From the NCBI GenBank assembly GCA_002811645.1, contig PDIP01000040.1, forward strand, positions 1 through 36,972: a stretch of DNA of 36,972 nucleotides, read 5' to 3'. The notes beneath the pieces were generated by a model that saw only the letters and a list, made by a program, of their open reading frames with translations, was not told where the DNA came from and ran no database searches. Positions 19,958 to 30,308 of the stretch are shown here, piece after piece. Source of the stretch: Corallochytrium limacisporum Hawaii (lineage: Eukaryota > Protista > Pluriformea). Positions within the stretch are counted from its first letter, which is position 1. Every line of letters starts with the position of its first letter. The position numbers and the translations under genes were made by a program.

Positions 19958-21370
19958 CTAGCATGAGGTCACATTGACCGGATATTCTTCCGATTCTTTT
20001 TGGTTGCAAGAACCCACGGGCACATCCGTGGTGTTGCATGCGAGAGTATATGTGTTCACGGTGTCACCACCTTGTTTCGTCTCCGCTGTGCCACCAATGG
20101 AGGCTGTGACCAACTGATCAATGAAGTTATCACTCCAAGTCCAGCCCCAGACCTCAACGGCCCTGTTTATTGCTGTCTTGAGGGTTTCAGTGCTTAGTTG
20201 GGGCAGGTGGACTGCGGTGCTTGTTAGAGACACATCGGATGTGGTGGGAACAACGTACTCGGTGGGGGAAAACTCGCCATTGTTGGTCCAGGTCACGTTG
20301 GCTGCGACCTGCTCGAAGGTCATGGTAACGTTTACTGTGGCTCCACTAGGCACATCTGCAGTGGTTTGGAACGTTACCGCGTTACTTGTGGTTTGGGTTT
20401 GCTTGGTCGTGGTTGTAAAGCCAGAGGTGATGGTGTCGGTGACGGATGTCGTGATCTTCTCAGAGAGGTCAACTCCCAGTCCATCAAGCTTGTCACTAAA
20501 TGACGCACTGCTAGTCCATTTCATGGAAGAAGAGTTAGCATCAGTGAAGGCGTAGGTGCTTGATGAAGTCGTAGTGGCAACAACTTTCTTGTTGTAAGAA
20601 ACGTTATTTTGTTCGCAGTTGCCATCATCGGACCCTACCATGATCTTGGACACAGTGTATGCTGACTGATCCTCATATTCGTAATCCAGAGACCAGTAGG
20701 TGCCAGTAACCTGGTAAGGAACCTGAGAATTTTGGTCATAGTTGTTGTTCCACTGAAAGCCTGCGACGTCCCCAAGATATGGGAAGCTAACTGAGAGTGG
20801 TGGTGATGCGCAATAGTTATTTTCGCAGTTTCCAGGATCTGGATTGCACTCAGAGTCACCGAGAGTAATTCCAAGGTCACCAAAGAAGATTTGCTCATAG
20901 AGATTCTGGCGTTCGGCAATGGATTGACCAGGTTTCATGAGAGCAGTTTGCAAAATGGGTCCAACCAAAGCGTTCAGTTTGCCTATCAGGCTTTCAAACC
21001 ACAGTACTTCGCCATTCGTGGTAGCGGTAGAATACAGATGTAGGTAGTCATACATGAATGGTTCAAAATCATCGCCCTTGCTAATGATGAAGTCGGCAAT
21101 GGCGGTAGTGTCGCAATCGCCTCTCATGATTGAAGACCATTCTGAGGATTGTGTTCCCAGAGTTATCACGCTAGAGTCGCACTGGTTGGTTCCTGTCGGG
21201 CCTTGCAGGGACCAGCAAGTATCCGGACGAGGATCAACAGTTTCATCGGCTGAAACCGACAGCGACTGGGGATTTGTTGGCGCTGCCGAAGCCACATCGA
21301 CTGTCACAGCAAAGACGATGATGACGAGGGCTCCAATTGCAACAGACAGATATTTGGTACAATTCTTCAT
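19958..21370 (-). CDS. Secreted aerolysin/ETX-MTX2-like beta-pore-forming protein (copy 2), 470 aa
   Basis: Signal peptide, Ser/Thr-rich hairpin region MKWTSSASFSDKLDGLGVDLSEKITTSVTDTITSGF, and VPSG turn. Shares blocks with copy 1 (G.DFE..M, LN.L.GP.L, WSD.F.D.L..A...GT..T.QG). Confidence 0.75.
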   Translation of the reverse strand: MKNCTKYLSVAIGALVIIVFAVTVDVASAAPTNPQSLSVSADETVDPRPDTCWSLQGPTGTNQCDSSVITLGTQSSEWSSIMRGDCDTTAIADFIISKGDDFEPFMYDYLHLYSTATTNGEVLWFESLIGKLNALVGPILQTALMKPGQSIAERQNLYEQIFFGDLGITLGDSECNPDPGNCENNYCASPPLSVSFPYLGDVAGFQWNNNYDQNSQVPYQVTGTYWSLDYEYEDQSAYTVSKIMVGSDDGNCEQNNVSYNKKVVATTTSSSTYAFTDANSSSMKWTSSASFSDKLDGLGVDLSEKITTSVTDTITSGFTTTTKQTQTTSNAVTFQTTADVPSGATVNVTMTFEQVAANVTWTNNGEFSPTEYVVPTTSDVSLTSTAVHLPQLSTETLKTAINRAVEVWGWTWSDNFIDQLVTASIGGTAETKQGGDTVNTYTLACNTTDVPVGSCNQKESEEYPVNVTSC

Positions 21371-21476
21371 GATTTAAATATGCTTCAAGTTTAGATAGCT
21401 TTCATCAAGCAAGGAAACAATTTCGCGTCGATCGCAATCTCGACATCCCTTGGTGCATGTGACATCTCAGATCACT

Positions 21477-21486
21477 TATAAATACC
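21477..21486 (-). promoter_or_regulatory. TATA-like element GGTATTTATA
   Basis: About 107 bp upstream of the ATG at 21370. Confidence 0.5.
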
Positions 21487-22070
21487 TTACTATACACAGC
21501 CTAGACACAGCTAGTTAGAAGTCTCCATGTGCTAGAAAATCGATGAAACAATCAAGAGTCCAGGCTGTTTCCAGAAATCCTTGCCGTCAGCGCTCCACGC
21601 AAAAGGCTAGCCGTCTCCGGCTCGTCCATCGTTCCTTGCACCCCAAGCGAAAAGGAGAGCCCCTGGGGGGGAAGGCGCCCGTTCGTGGTCACGTCCGTGC
21701 TGTGTGTTCGGTTCGAGTCCTGTGCGTGGTGATCTCCTTGGTTTCTCTTCCACCCCCGCTCTCCCTGCCTGGTCCTTGGAAAAAGAGAATAAAAAAAATT
21801 GCCACCCTTCCCCCCCCCCTCCCGTGGTGCCGACCACGTCTCAATTGTTTAGCAGGCTGGCTGGGCAGGTTTGCACAGTGGAATCCAAACCCAGCACCAT
21901 GGCTGTATTTCAGAGGCTAGATCAGAGGTCTGTATGTTCTGCACACACAGAAAGTATTCGATTTGACAAGATCCATGGGTAGAGTTACGGATTAGTGCGG
22001 AAAGCGATCTAATTTACACATACGAACGATATTGAACGCCTGACGTCCCAAGCGAGAATCATCCAAGAAT

Positions 22071-22556
22071 ATGGTTGCCCATGATGTTACACAAGAACGC
22101 CGGTTCCCGGGAAACGCCCAGGAATTACGGCGGGATTTGAATGAGGCATTAGTACGTAAGAAAACCCTGGATGCGTCTGTTGTGCACTTTGAACGACAGA
22201 TTTATGCTCTTGAGACAGCATATCTGGAGGAGACAAACATGTACGGTAACGTTGTTCGAGGCTGGACCGACTATTTGCATAAGGGACACCCAATGGATAT
22301 TCACAGGAAGATCCGGGCATCGGAACGGATATTCAGCAATAGTTCCGCCACCACTGTGGCATCACTGGATCCACAGCCCTGGGAGATGCCCGCTGACACA
22401 AAACCAGCTGTATCTGCTGATGGCAAGTCCAAGGATACTCCGAAGAAGAAAAAAGCCAAGGTGAAGGGAAACAAGCTGGTTTTGAAACCAGCTAAGGGAA
22501 GCGATAAGAAGAAGAACAAGGCCAATGAAAAGACAAAGAAAAAGAAGAAGGCATAA
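22071..22556 (+). CDS. EAF6: NuA4 histone acetyltransferase subunit Eaf6/MEAF6
   Basis: ERQIYALETAYLEETNMYGNVVRGW and ERIFSNSS motifs, with a basic NLS-like tail. Confidence 0.93.
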   Translation: MVAHDVTQERRFPGNAQELRRDLNEALVRKKTLDASVVHFERQIYALETAYLEETNMYGNVVRGWTDYLHKGHPMDIHRKIRASERIFSNSSATTVASLDPQPWEMPADTKPAVSADGKSKDTPKKKKAKVKGNKLVLKPAKGSDKKKNKANEKTKKKKKA

Positions 22557-22749
22557 GGGGTCAGAGTTTAAAAATGATATAAATCCATAGAAGTACAAAT
22601 CCGATGCACCTGAATAGACGCAGATACTTCTCCATGGGGATGGATGGAACAAAAGCAGCTGGAATGATCATGTTTGTGATTTCCAACGACTTCCAACGAA
22701 CGATGGTTTCTGAGCATTCTAAACCAATTATTCTACCAGTGGCTTCTGG

Positions 22750-23532
22750 TTAAACTTTGATCTTCTCCGTGCGGTGATCGCGATAGATCCGTAGGACATA
22801 CTGTCCATATGGACGGGAACGAGTCTGTTCTACAAGATTTCCGTAACCCTCGTCCATGTCATGAGGCTGGTAAGGTGTGAAATGCTTGGCGTAATCGTCG
22901 GGGTACACCACTAGGGAGCTCAGGGCAGCCAGGGTTAGATCCGCGGCAGAGAATCTGTTGCCGACAAGATACTTGCGGCCGTCGGATAAATGCTTCTCGA
23001 CCTCGTCCATGATCTCTTGGCACCGCATCAGGGATTCCATGCACTTTCCTGCATTGACATTGAGTCCCTTTCTAATGAAGGAAATTAAGAATCCATTGAC
23101 GAGCCAGAGGGTGGATGATTCATACCAGGGGGTACCCCTTTTGAAGCACTCCCAGAGCTTCGGCTGCTCGATGATGAATCCATAAACCACACGGCGCATG
23201 TGAATTCCAAACTTGTCGGCAACTTCCAGCCACCGAGCAACCTCTTCATTCTTTGTATGGTCGGTAAAGAACAAGCTATCTTTAGGGAATGTCTCGGGGC
23301 TAGCGACTACTTTAGTGTACTCACAGATATCATCGCCGCAGAGCAAGGGCCTCTTATCAGTGTCTTCCCAAATCAATACAGGAGTAGCCCGTCCACCATA
23401 TGGCTTATTGACAAAAGCATGCCAGATTGGCAGATGAGGTTCTTCCTCATAGCTGATCTGGTACCGGTCGAGGAGCCAGCGGCCCCGCTCGCAGTAATGA
23501 GAGATTTTAAAGGTGATGAGTCGATTCGGCAT
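22750..23532 (-). CDS. Glutathione S-transferase family protein
   Basis: Likely start MPNRLITFKISHYCERGRWLLD (ATG 23532, A-rich context), TPVL cis-Pro motif, and C-domain DGRKYLVGNRFSAADLTLAAL. The longer ORF to 23790 is probably spurious. Confidence 0.88.
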   Translation of the reverse strand: MPNRLITFKISHYCERGRWLLDRYQISYEEEPHLPIWHAFVNKPYGGRATPVLIWEDTDKRPLLCGDDICEYTKVVASPETFPKDSLFFTDHTKNEEVARWLEVADKFGIHMRRVVYGFIIEQPKLWECFKRGTPWYESSTLWLVNGFLISFIRKGLNVNAGKCMESLMRCQEIMDEVEKHLSDGRKYLVGNRFSAADLTLAALSSLVVYPDDYAKHFTPYQPHDMDEGYGNLVEQTRSRPYGQYVLRIYRDHRTEKIKV

Positions 23533-24638
23533 TTTGTTATGGGCTGTGGAGATGAGGAACTGTGTCCACGATCCATTCGTATTCTCAATTTTCATTGTAC
23601 AAACCTTACATGATCCTATGTACCAGGACACTTTAATAGTTATCCGTTGGTAGAGGAATGCCAGAGGAAAAGACTCTTCTCTGTCTCGTGTGGTCAGACA
23701 GCTCTTGACTGTCCAGAAATGGAATACATCTATACAGTAGAGTTTTAGACAAGGTGACCGACGCGCACCTCGAGATGAGTCAAGAGTCATCTATGGCCAC
23801 AAGTTGTCGGGTTCCAAGAAAATACAGGCATCATCAGATATTGGAACAAGAAGGATCAAGTGATAGATCCACTCGTCCGCCCATCCGAACGACTCAGCAT
23901 GATGGATTCTTCCCCCTTCGGTTCCTTCCAGTTGTTACGGTGAATCCTCCGCAATGGTGCTAATCATAGCGTATTCTCTGACTCTGAGATCGCCCGATCC
24001 GTTCATCAAGTGTGCACGGCCGGGGCAGGGGAAAAACTTGGGGCAGGCAAGAGCTATCCATTGCGGTCAGCTGACGAAAATAGACCCCTATTTAGTTTTG
24101 AAATTCGGCCCCCGTTTCCAAAGAAAGTTTCGGTAGTCCTGACTGCGGCGGGTCTGCATAACCCTGCCCATCTCTGTAGTCCTATTTGCAAACTTGGAAC
24201 TCTCCACTCTCTCAAGTGTGTCTTGCCTTCGCCATTTTTTCGCGCGCCGTGCGGGGCAGCAGGTGCGGAAAGCAGTCGAGGAGGACTATAGTGCTTCAGC
24301 CGCACAACCCTGTGGTCTCATCGTCGTTCACCACCACGGTATGCGCATTGATTTCTTGTCCTAGTGCATGTGACGTATCCTATCCGCGTCATTCCACCAC
24401 CTGTTTCAAAGAAGTAACTCCAAAAACCCAAACCGGTCACTCATTTGTGAGAAGTCTTCGAAAATTGCAGAAAATCTGCAGTCGTTGAAGAAAGTTGTAT
24501 AGGCCACCGGAGATCATTTCAACCTTGTTGGTTGTACTGACTCACCGCTTACCACATGAACGCCCTTAGTAGCACAGACAATGTAAGCCTGCGTATCAGC
24601 AATAGCGGCCAATTCATGGTCTGTTCATGTGACAGACA

Positions 24639-27449
24639 ATGCCGCAGGTAAGCAGTCCAGGTGGCTCTCCGTCGAAGAGAAGTGACCCCTATGAGTTCAC
24701 TGGAACGGACCCGAACCAATCTCCCTTAACCAATCGCTATCGGTCGCGAAAATCGAAAGAGAAGTCACGATGGAAGCCAAAAAGTGATGATGCCCGTATT
24801 GGCAGAGCCGGTCCGGGAAGAAAATACATGAAGGACGTAGTCAGTTCCAGCCAAAGGAGAGCTAGAGGATCCAATTCGTTCGGAAGCCTTTCGATACAGT
24901 CAAGGCCTTTAGTTCTAGACAGGGACACAGAATCCTCGAATTCGATGAATAACAGACATTTGGGATCAAAATCGAAGACAACACCAGCAGTAAGGTTGCG
25001 TCACGACAAGCGGCACATTTCAGAAGCGAGTCGAAAACGGAGCACCCAACAGAAGACTATGCTCGAGTTGATTTCGGCGAAAAGTCCAATCAGTGGCTTT
25101 TCAAAAGTTTCTGAAAGGTCAGGAACTGATAGTAAAGATCATCCTTCCTCGGGGGCACAAGTGTGCAGTCCAAAGCCAAGTTTGTCAACGGGACCCACGA
25201 GCGGTGATATCAAGCAAAAGCACTCATTGCACCAAAAGAGTAATGCTCAACAAACAAATTTGTCAAGAAATCTATCCCGGTCATCGTTGCGACATGCTGG
25301 TACGCCGTCCCGTTCTGCGAGGCCATTGAACAGTCAGCCAATGCAAAAAACGTTAAAGTCTATTAACATCGGCACGCATAGCATACCCATCCGTAGCGCA
25401 ACAATGCGATTTGAGTACCGAATGACAAGGGGTGCCGAGGAACCCAGCCATATTGTTGTGGACCATCAGCAAACAGACGGAACGTGGGCCTACGTCAAGA
25501 TCAATGGAAAATCCATCCATCAGATACACACTTGTGAGACCGCGTATGTGCAGCCACTCATTCTTGCAATTGCCTGCAGTGATGGTCAGTACAAGACCCG
25601 AGGAGCGGCCAATGAATACACGCCGCTCACGAACAGCAAGAGATTCAAGATGGACTATGTTGGCACTTCCAGCAACGGAGTGTTGGAAGAGGGGTCAGAG
25701 TGGGAAGACTGCCGCAAATGGATCTTGCTCCAATTCAAGGCCTGGCCAACATCGTACTCTCATGATGATGTAGCCAAGTACTACAATAAGCTCAAGAGTC
25801 TGCTAAGGAAGGTTGCAAGTCGAAACGAAGGCGGAAGGTTTCAAACCATCAAGAGTAGTGTTGAAGCCAAGAGTATCATGGACCATTTCGAATCGGCGCC
25901 TGTAGCATTGGATATTTCTATGGATGAAGATGACATCGCTGTCATTGAGGAGAGGGCATCTAAGAACAGCTCTGTGATCAACAGTAACGACGACTCAAAT
26001 GCTGCGATTCTACTGTTTGTATACAAGGCACCGGGAATGAAGGGAGGCATCCCAATTCACAACACGGATCTTCAGAAGCTGAGACCCGGCGAGTACTTGA
26101 ACGATCTCCTCATTGAGTTCTACTTTAGCTACCTCAAGCATCAGAGACTGACGGAACATGAGTGGAGAGCGTCTCTGTTCTTGAACACATTCTTCATCAA
26201 TGCCCTTATGGGTGAAACGAGTGGATTTGGAAAGCGCAGTCATGAGGATGGGTATGAGAAAGGACGCAAATGGCTATCCAAGATCAACCTCTTCCAGAAA
26301 CAATTTGTATTTGTGCCCATCAATCGAGATCAGCACTGGTTCATGGTGGTGATCTGTTTCGTGGATAGGGTGCCTGAGCTTATGCGAAGAAAGAGGCAGG
26401 AAGTACTAGAAAGGCAGAGGCGAGAGGAAGAGCGACAGAAGGTCAAAGAAAGGCTGCGGAACACGGGTCAAACCACGATGGTGATTGATTCTGATGAAGA
26501 GGAAGATGCTGAACCTCAGATAGATGACAATCAAATGATGATCGATGTCGAAAATGAAAACCAAATTCTGCAGCGGACCATGGAGGATCAGACTGGTGAC
26601 ATAGAGAATTTCACATGTATTGACGGCACAGATGCGTGCAGTATTTGTCAAATTCAAGAAAGCCAGCCAAGATCCAATCCCGTCATTCTGATCTTCGACT
26701 CCATGCAAGGTAGTAACATAAGTTATCGAACTATCACACGTGCACTTCGCACGTTTGTGTGCCGGTATGCTAATGAGCAAATGGGTTGGGAAGGACAAGA
26801 CTATGTAAAACTTGTGGAGGAAGATTTTCCAGTGCTGGATCTTCGAGTGCCCCAGCAAGATAATGTATGCGACTGTGGGGTCTATCTCTTGGAATACTCC
26901 GAAATGTTCTTTCGGAAACCCATCCTGCAGTGGAATCACAATCCGATCAACATTCCAAATTGGTTTGCCATTAGTAATGTGAGTGAGAAGCGGAACGACA
27001 TCAAGGTCTTGCTCAGCCAAATGAAAAGGGATCCTGAGCTGATGCTCCAGAGGCGGCGCCTGCGTCGGAGGCCGTCCGTTGCTGTTGATCCCCAATCTGA
27101 TGTCAGTGAATCTCACATTCCAGCGCCACCCGACGGCTTTTCCACAAGCGCACCGCCGTCCAGGAATACCTGCAATGAACAGAGGCCAGAGTCGTCAGTT
27201 GCCAGCAGTGAGGCGGAATCGGAGACACCAGCCACTAAGCGAAAGCCTGAGGGGTCCATGTCACCGAGCAAGAAAAGGAGTGCTCATACAAAACACAACA
27301 GCAATGGGTCCCAGCATCACGAGGAGGCGAAAGACAAAGACAAACCTGACAGTGAAGGGACCGTCAAGGCTGTAAAAGACCTCATACCCAACGAGCGCAT
27401 GACACGTGGCATGCGGAAACGCGGCGAATCCATGTTCAGTCTTCACTGA
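24639..27449 (+). CDS. SUMO-specific protease, Ulp2/SENP6/7-like (peptidase C48)
   Basis: DLQKLRPGEYLNDLLIEFY, catalytic His (QHWF), Asp (IFDS), oxyanion Gln and Cys (QQDNVCDCGVY), with an insertion in the catalytic domain and a long disordered N-terminus. Confidence 0.92.
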   Translation: MPQVSSPGGSPSKRSDPYEFTGTDPNQSPLTNRYRSRKSKEKSRWKPKSDDARIGRAGPGRKYMKDVVSSSQRRARGSNSFGSLSIQSRPLVLDRDTESSNSMNNRHLGSKSKTTPAVRLRHDKRHISEASRKRSTQQKTMLELISAKSPISGFSKVSERSGTDSKDHPSSGAQVCSPKPSLSTGPTSGDIKQKHSLHQKSNAQQTNLSRNLSRSSLRHAGTPSRSARPLNSQPMQKTLKSINIGTHSIPIRSATMRFEYRMTRGAEEPSHIVVDHQQTDGTWAYVKINGKSIHQIHTCETAYVQPLILAIACSDGQYKTRGAANEYTPLTNSKRFKMDYVGTSSNGVLEEGSEWEDCRKWILLQFKAWPTSYSHDDVAKYYNKLKSLLRKVASRNEGGRFQTIKSSVEAKSIMDHFESAPVALDISMDEDDIAVIEERASKNSSVINSNDDSNAAILLFVYKAPGMKGGIPIHNTDLQKLRPGEYLNDLLIEFYFSYLKHQRLTEHEWRASLFLNTFFINALMGETSGFGKRSHEDGYEKGRKWLSKINLFQKQFVFVPINRDQHWFMVVICFVDRVPELMRRKRQEVLERQRREEERQKVKERLRNTGQTTMVIDSDEEEDAEPQIDDNQMMIDVENENQILQRTMEDQTGDIENFTCIDGTDACSICQIQESQPRSNPVILIFDSMQGSNISYRTITRALRTFVCRYANEQMGWEGQDYVKLVEEDFPVLDLRVPQQDNVCDCGVYLLEYSEMFFRKPILQWNHNPINIPNWFAISNVSEKRNDIKVLLSQMKRDPELMLQRRRLRRRPSVAVDPQSDVSESHIPAPPDGFSTSAPPSRNTCNEQRPESSVASSEAESETPATKRKPEGSMSPSKKRSAHTKHNSNGSQHHEEAKDKDKPDSEGTVKAVKDLIPNERMTRGMRKRGESMFSLH

Positions 27450-27571
27450 CGTAGCAAATGTAAATATTAGGTATGAGTATAGCATATACATTTCCTTGTA
27501 CTAGTTGTGTCATGTACTTGTTGTGACAATGAAACAGTGAATAGGTTAAACCCAAGTGGTCTTCAAGTGGT

Positions 27572-29152
27572 TCAGCTAATATTACCACCTTTCAGTGTTG
27601 CGGCAGTTAAGGGCTGTTTGCTGGCGCCAACGACCATGAGCTGTCCCTTCCAGGTCGCTTCCAGGCTGTCGTTAGTATTGAGATCCGGCTGCACGGACTC
27701 CCAGACTTTCTTTTTGGGCTTTAGTTCCTCGTCCGGTGTGCCCTGGCTGGCGAGTCCTGTAACCTCAACACGGTCGCCAATTTTGGCATCAGAGGGCACC
27801 TGCAGGACCTCAATCTTGGACTTATCGTCATTACTGGCGCAGAGAACCATGCCATAAGATTTGATGCCACGCATGGCCACAGGCTTAAGGTTGGCCACCA
27901 CACAGACCATGCGGTCCAGTAGATGCTCTTTAGGAATGTACTTCACGAGACCACTGATAATGGTGCGAGGTCCAGTCTCCTCTCCGAGATCAATCTTCTC
28001 GACGTAGAGAGAATCGGCGTCCGGATGCCGGTCAATTTCCACAATCTTACCAATCTTGAAATGGATACGAGTGACCGGGGGCAGATCACTATCACCACCA
28101 CTACCGGTGCCAGACTTTTTGCCATCTTTTGCTTTCTTCTCCCCATCCTTGCCCTTCTTGCGCGCTTCCCGTTCCTGCTCGCGTTTAGATCCGGCCTTTG
28201 GGTCGACGCCGGCCTGCTCCTTTAATTTCAGCAGTACTGCAACCTCTGCTTTAATGGTTGCGGGGTCCGCCTTAGCCGCCTTGAGCTCACGGATTTTGGT
28301 GCCCTGTGCTTCGATCTCGCGTGCGAGTTCGTCAGGCACCCCGGAGGTCGCTGAAGGAGCGGCAGTGGGTTTAGAGGTGGGCTTCGCAGCAGACTTAAGA
28401 GCAGCAGCAGCAGCAGGCTTAGGAGCAGCAGCAGGAGCAGCAGGAGCAGCCGCAGCAATAGCCTCAGTGGAGAACGTGCGTGCCGACTGCTGTAGAGCGT
28501 TAACACGAAGACATGGGATATTCATTCTCCGACCAAGGAGGCGGCCCTGAGGCGTCGCCCGTAGCAGACCATCGCACCAGCGCGCAACCTGCAGATTGCG
28601 GCTAGCCAGCTTCGGGTCCTTCATGAGAATCGGAGCAACTACTGGCATTAGCAAGTAATCGGCCAGTGATGCGGTCGCTGTGCGGCCGATGAACGTTGCC
28701 CTGGTAAGCAAAATGTTCATCTCTTCGATGACGGCGATCGCTCCGCTTTGTCCGTCCTTCTGCAGAATGGGCAACCAAGACTTTTCGAAAGTGAGCAGAG
28801 TCTCCAGCAGGCGTGGGGTACCGAAGTTGCCGCCCAAGAGATCCTTATATTGGGAGTGAGTGATATAGGCTTCAGCCTCTGCAATCCTCACCAGTTCAAG
28901 AGCAACTGCGGCAATACCCGATGCCCCAGTGTCCTTGCTCTTGTATACCAAACGAGGTGTGGGATCCTTTGTGTCCGTGTCCAGAACAACCTCTACAGCG
29001 TTGCCTGTCTCCAGCAGTGAGGGAAGGATCGCAGTGGCGGCTGCTTCCAAGGGCTGCAAGTAGTTAATCTGTTGTGGCGGTGCCCTTTCGTTGGCCTTGA
29101 TCTCTTTCCCAACGAACGTGAAGGGTCCCAGGTGCAGAGTCACGGTCGACAT
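27572..29152 (-). CDS. AIMP1: AIMP1/Arc1p-like aminoacyl-tRNA synthetase cofactor (GST-C-like, WHEP and OB tRNA-binding domains)
   Basis: C-terminal EMAPII/Trbp fold (IGKIVEIDRHPDADSLYVEKIDLGE...NLKPVAMRGIKSYGMVLCAS), WHEP (IEAQGTKIRELKAAKAD...EVAVLLKLK), and GST-C-like FIGRTATASLAD. Confidence 0.88.
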   Translation of the reverse strand: MSTVTLHLGPFTFVGKEIKANERAPPQQINYLQPLEAAATAILPSLLETGNAVEVVLDTDTKDPTPRLVYKSKDTGASGIAAVALELVRIAEAEAYITHSQYKDLLGGNFGTPRLLETLLTFEKSWLPILQKDGQSGAIAVIEEMNILLTRATFIGRTATASLADYLLMPVVAPILMKDPKLASRNLQVARWCDGLLRATPQGRLLGRRMNIPCLRVNALQQSARTFSTEAIAAAAPAAPAAAPKPAAAAALKSAAKPTSKPTAAPSATSGVPDELAREIEAQGTKIRELKAAKADPATIKAEVAVLLKLKEQAGVDPKAGSKREQEREARKKGKDGEKKAKDGKKSGTGSGGDSDLPPVTRIHFKIGKIVEIDRHPDADSLYVEKIDLGEETGPRTIISGLVKYIPKEHLLDRMVCVVANLKPVAMRGIKSYGMVLCASNDDKSKIEVLQVPSDAKIGDRVEVTGLASQGTPDEELKPKKKVWESVQPDLNTNDSLEATWKGQLMVVGASKQPLTAATLKGGNIS

Positions 29153-30137
29153 ATGTCCGAAGTTTGTTCCTTATTTCCCTCTTAGTCGAGAGACTAGGGA
29201 CTAAGCGGGGCGGGAAAGGATGTGTTGATGTTATGGATTCTAGCCTAATGGAACAGTAGTAGAAACACCTGCATGACCACGGCATGGAGTACATCAAATA
29301 CCACATCATGACCATCAATTCACGGATGTTGTGGACAGATTGTTTATCTGCAAACTGAGTTTTGCCCAACATTATCGATTATTCCCTCGGACGATTTCAG
29401 CAAGGTACACAGCCACCCTGCAAGCCAACCCTCCTCTCCGCCATGTGTTAGCGGCAAATGCCCAAGAAACACCCAATTCCCCTTCCCCTGGGTTGGGGGG
29501 TCCCTCTCTTCGTAATCATTGCAGTGTTGGCACCACATTCAGTATAGTACCAATAGTGAATGTATCAAATTCATGTGCTTGGGGAACATCCATTAATTCA
29601 TTAAATAAGGAGTTCAGTTATATACGAGCGGGCAATAAAAGTGGTGGAAACGAGGGTGCCTTTGCTCCCGGTTTGTTTCAGTCGCCTGGTGCGTGGAACT
29701 GGTGCTGCTCCCGTACCGAAAGTACGGAACTCAACCACCGACTGCGGAGCATAAACAAACACCTGGGCCATTGGAAGGGAAACAGGCAGAATGCTTCCTC
29801 TCCCAGTGAACCACGGGCAGGCATCGCCCCCACCCGCGGGGCGACTGAATAGCCACCCCGTGCGTATTAACAGAAGTTCGAGACCAACAGCGACCGCATT
29901 GTAATAAACCGAACTACAATTTGGTTTGACGGATATTTCCCTTCAAATTTGTATTGAGAACAAACTCCTTCACTCTTTGGTTTCAAGTGTAAACTCCGTC
30001 ATGGATGATCGTTAATTGTCTGACATATCACAGGTATTTTAGGTATACAATGAGAATGCACAACGTACAGTTGTTTACAGACCATGCCATTAGAACGGGA
30101 ACATTTACTTCTCAGTTTATACACCACGTAGCAAAAC

Positions 30138-30308
30138 ATGACACGGCCCAACCTTAGGAATCTGTCTGCGCGCGACGGCGTCAAGGACATTGGTATTGGA
30201 ATTTTCCTCGGTCTCGGCGCTGCTATGGCATGGAAATTCCAAGTAGGCCGCACTGAAAAGGAGATCCAGGCGTACTACGCTGACGCGGAGAAACAGGAGT
30301 CGTCCTAG
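30138..30308 (+). CDS. COX6C: Cytochrome c oxidase subunit VIc / Cox9 / plant COX5C-like (56 aa, not in the ORF track)
   Basis: MTRPNLRNLSARDGVKDIGIGIFLGLGAAMAWKFQVGRTEKEIQAYYADAEKQESS*: P-x-L-R-x-L start, a single TM (LGLG...WKF) and a downstream YY, matching the family pattern. AAAACATG start context. Confidence 0.8.
   Translation: MTRPNLRNLSARDGVKDIGIGIFLGLGAAMAWKFQVGRTEKEIQAYYADAEKQESS

Noticed and set aside
23533-23790. 86-aa N-terminal extension of the GST ORF
   Set aside because: GST homology begins at MPNRLITF with a good start context; the extension has no recognisable features.
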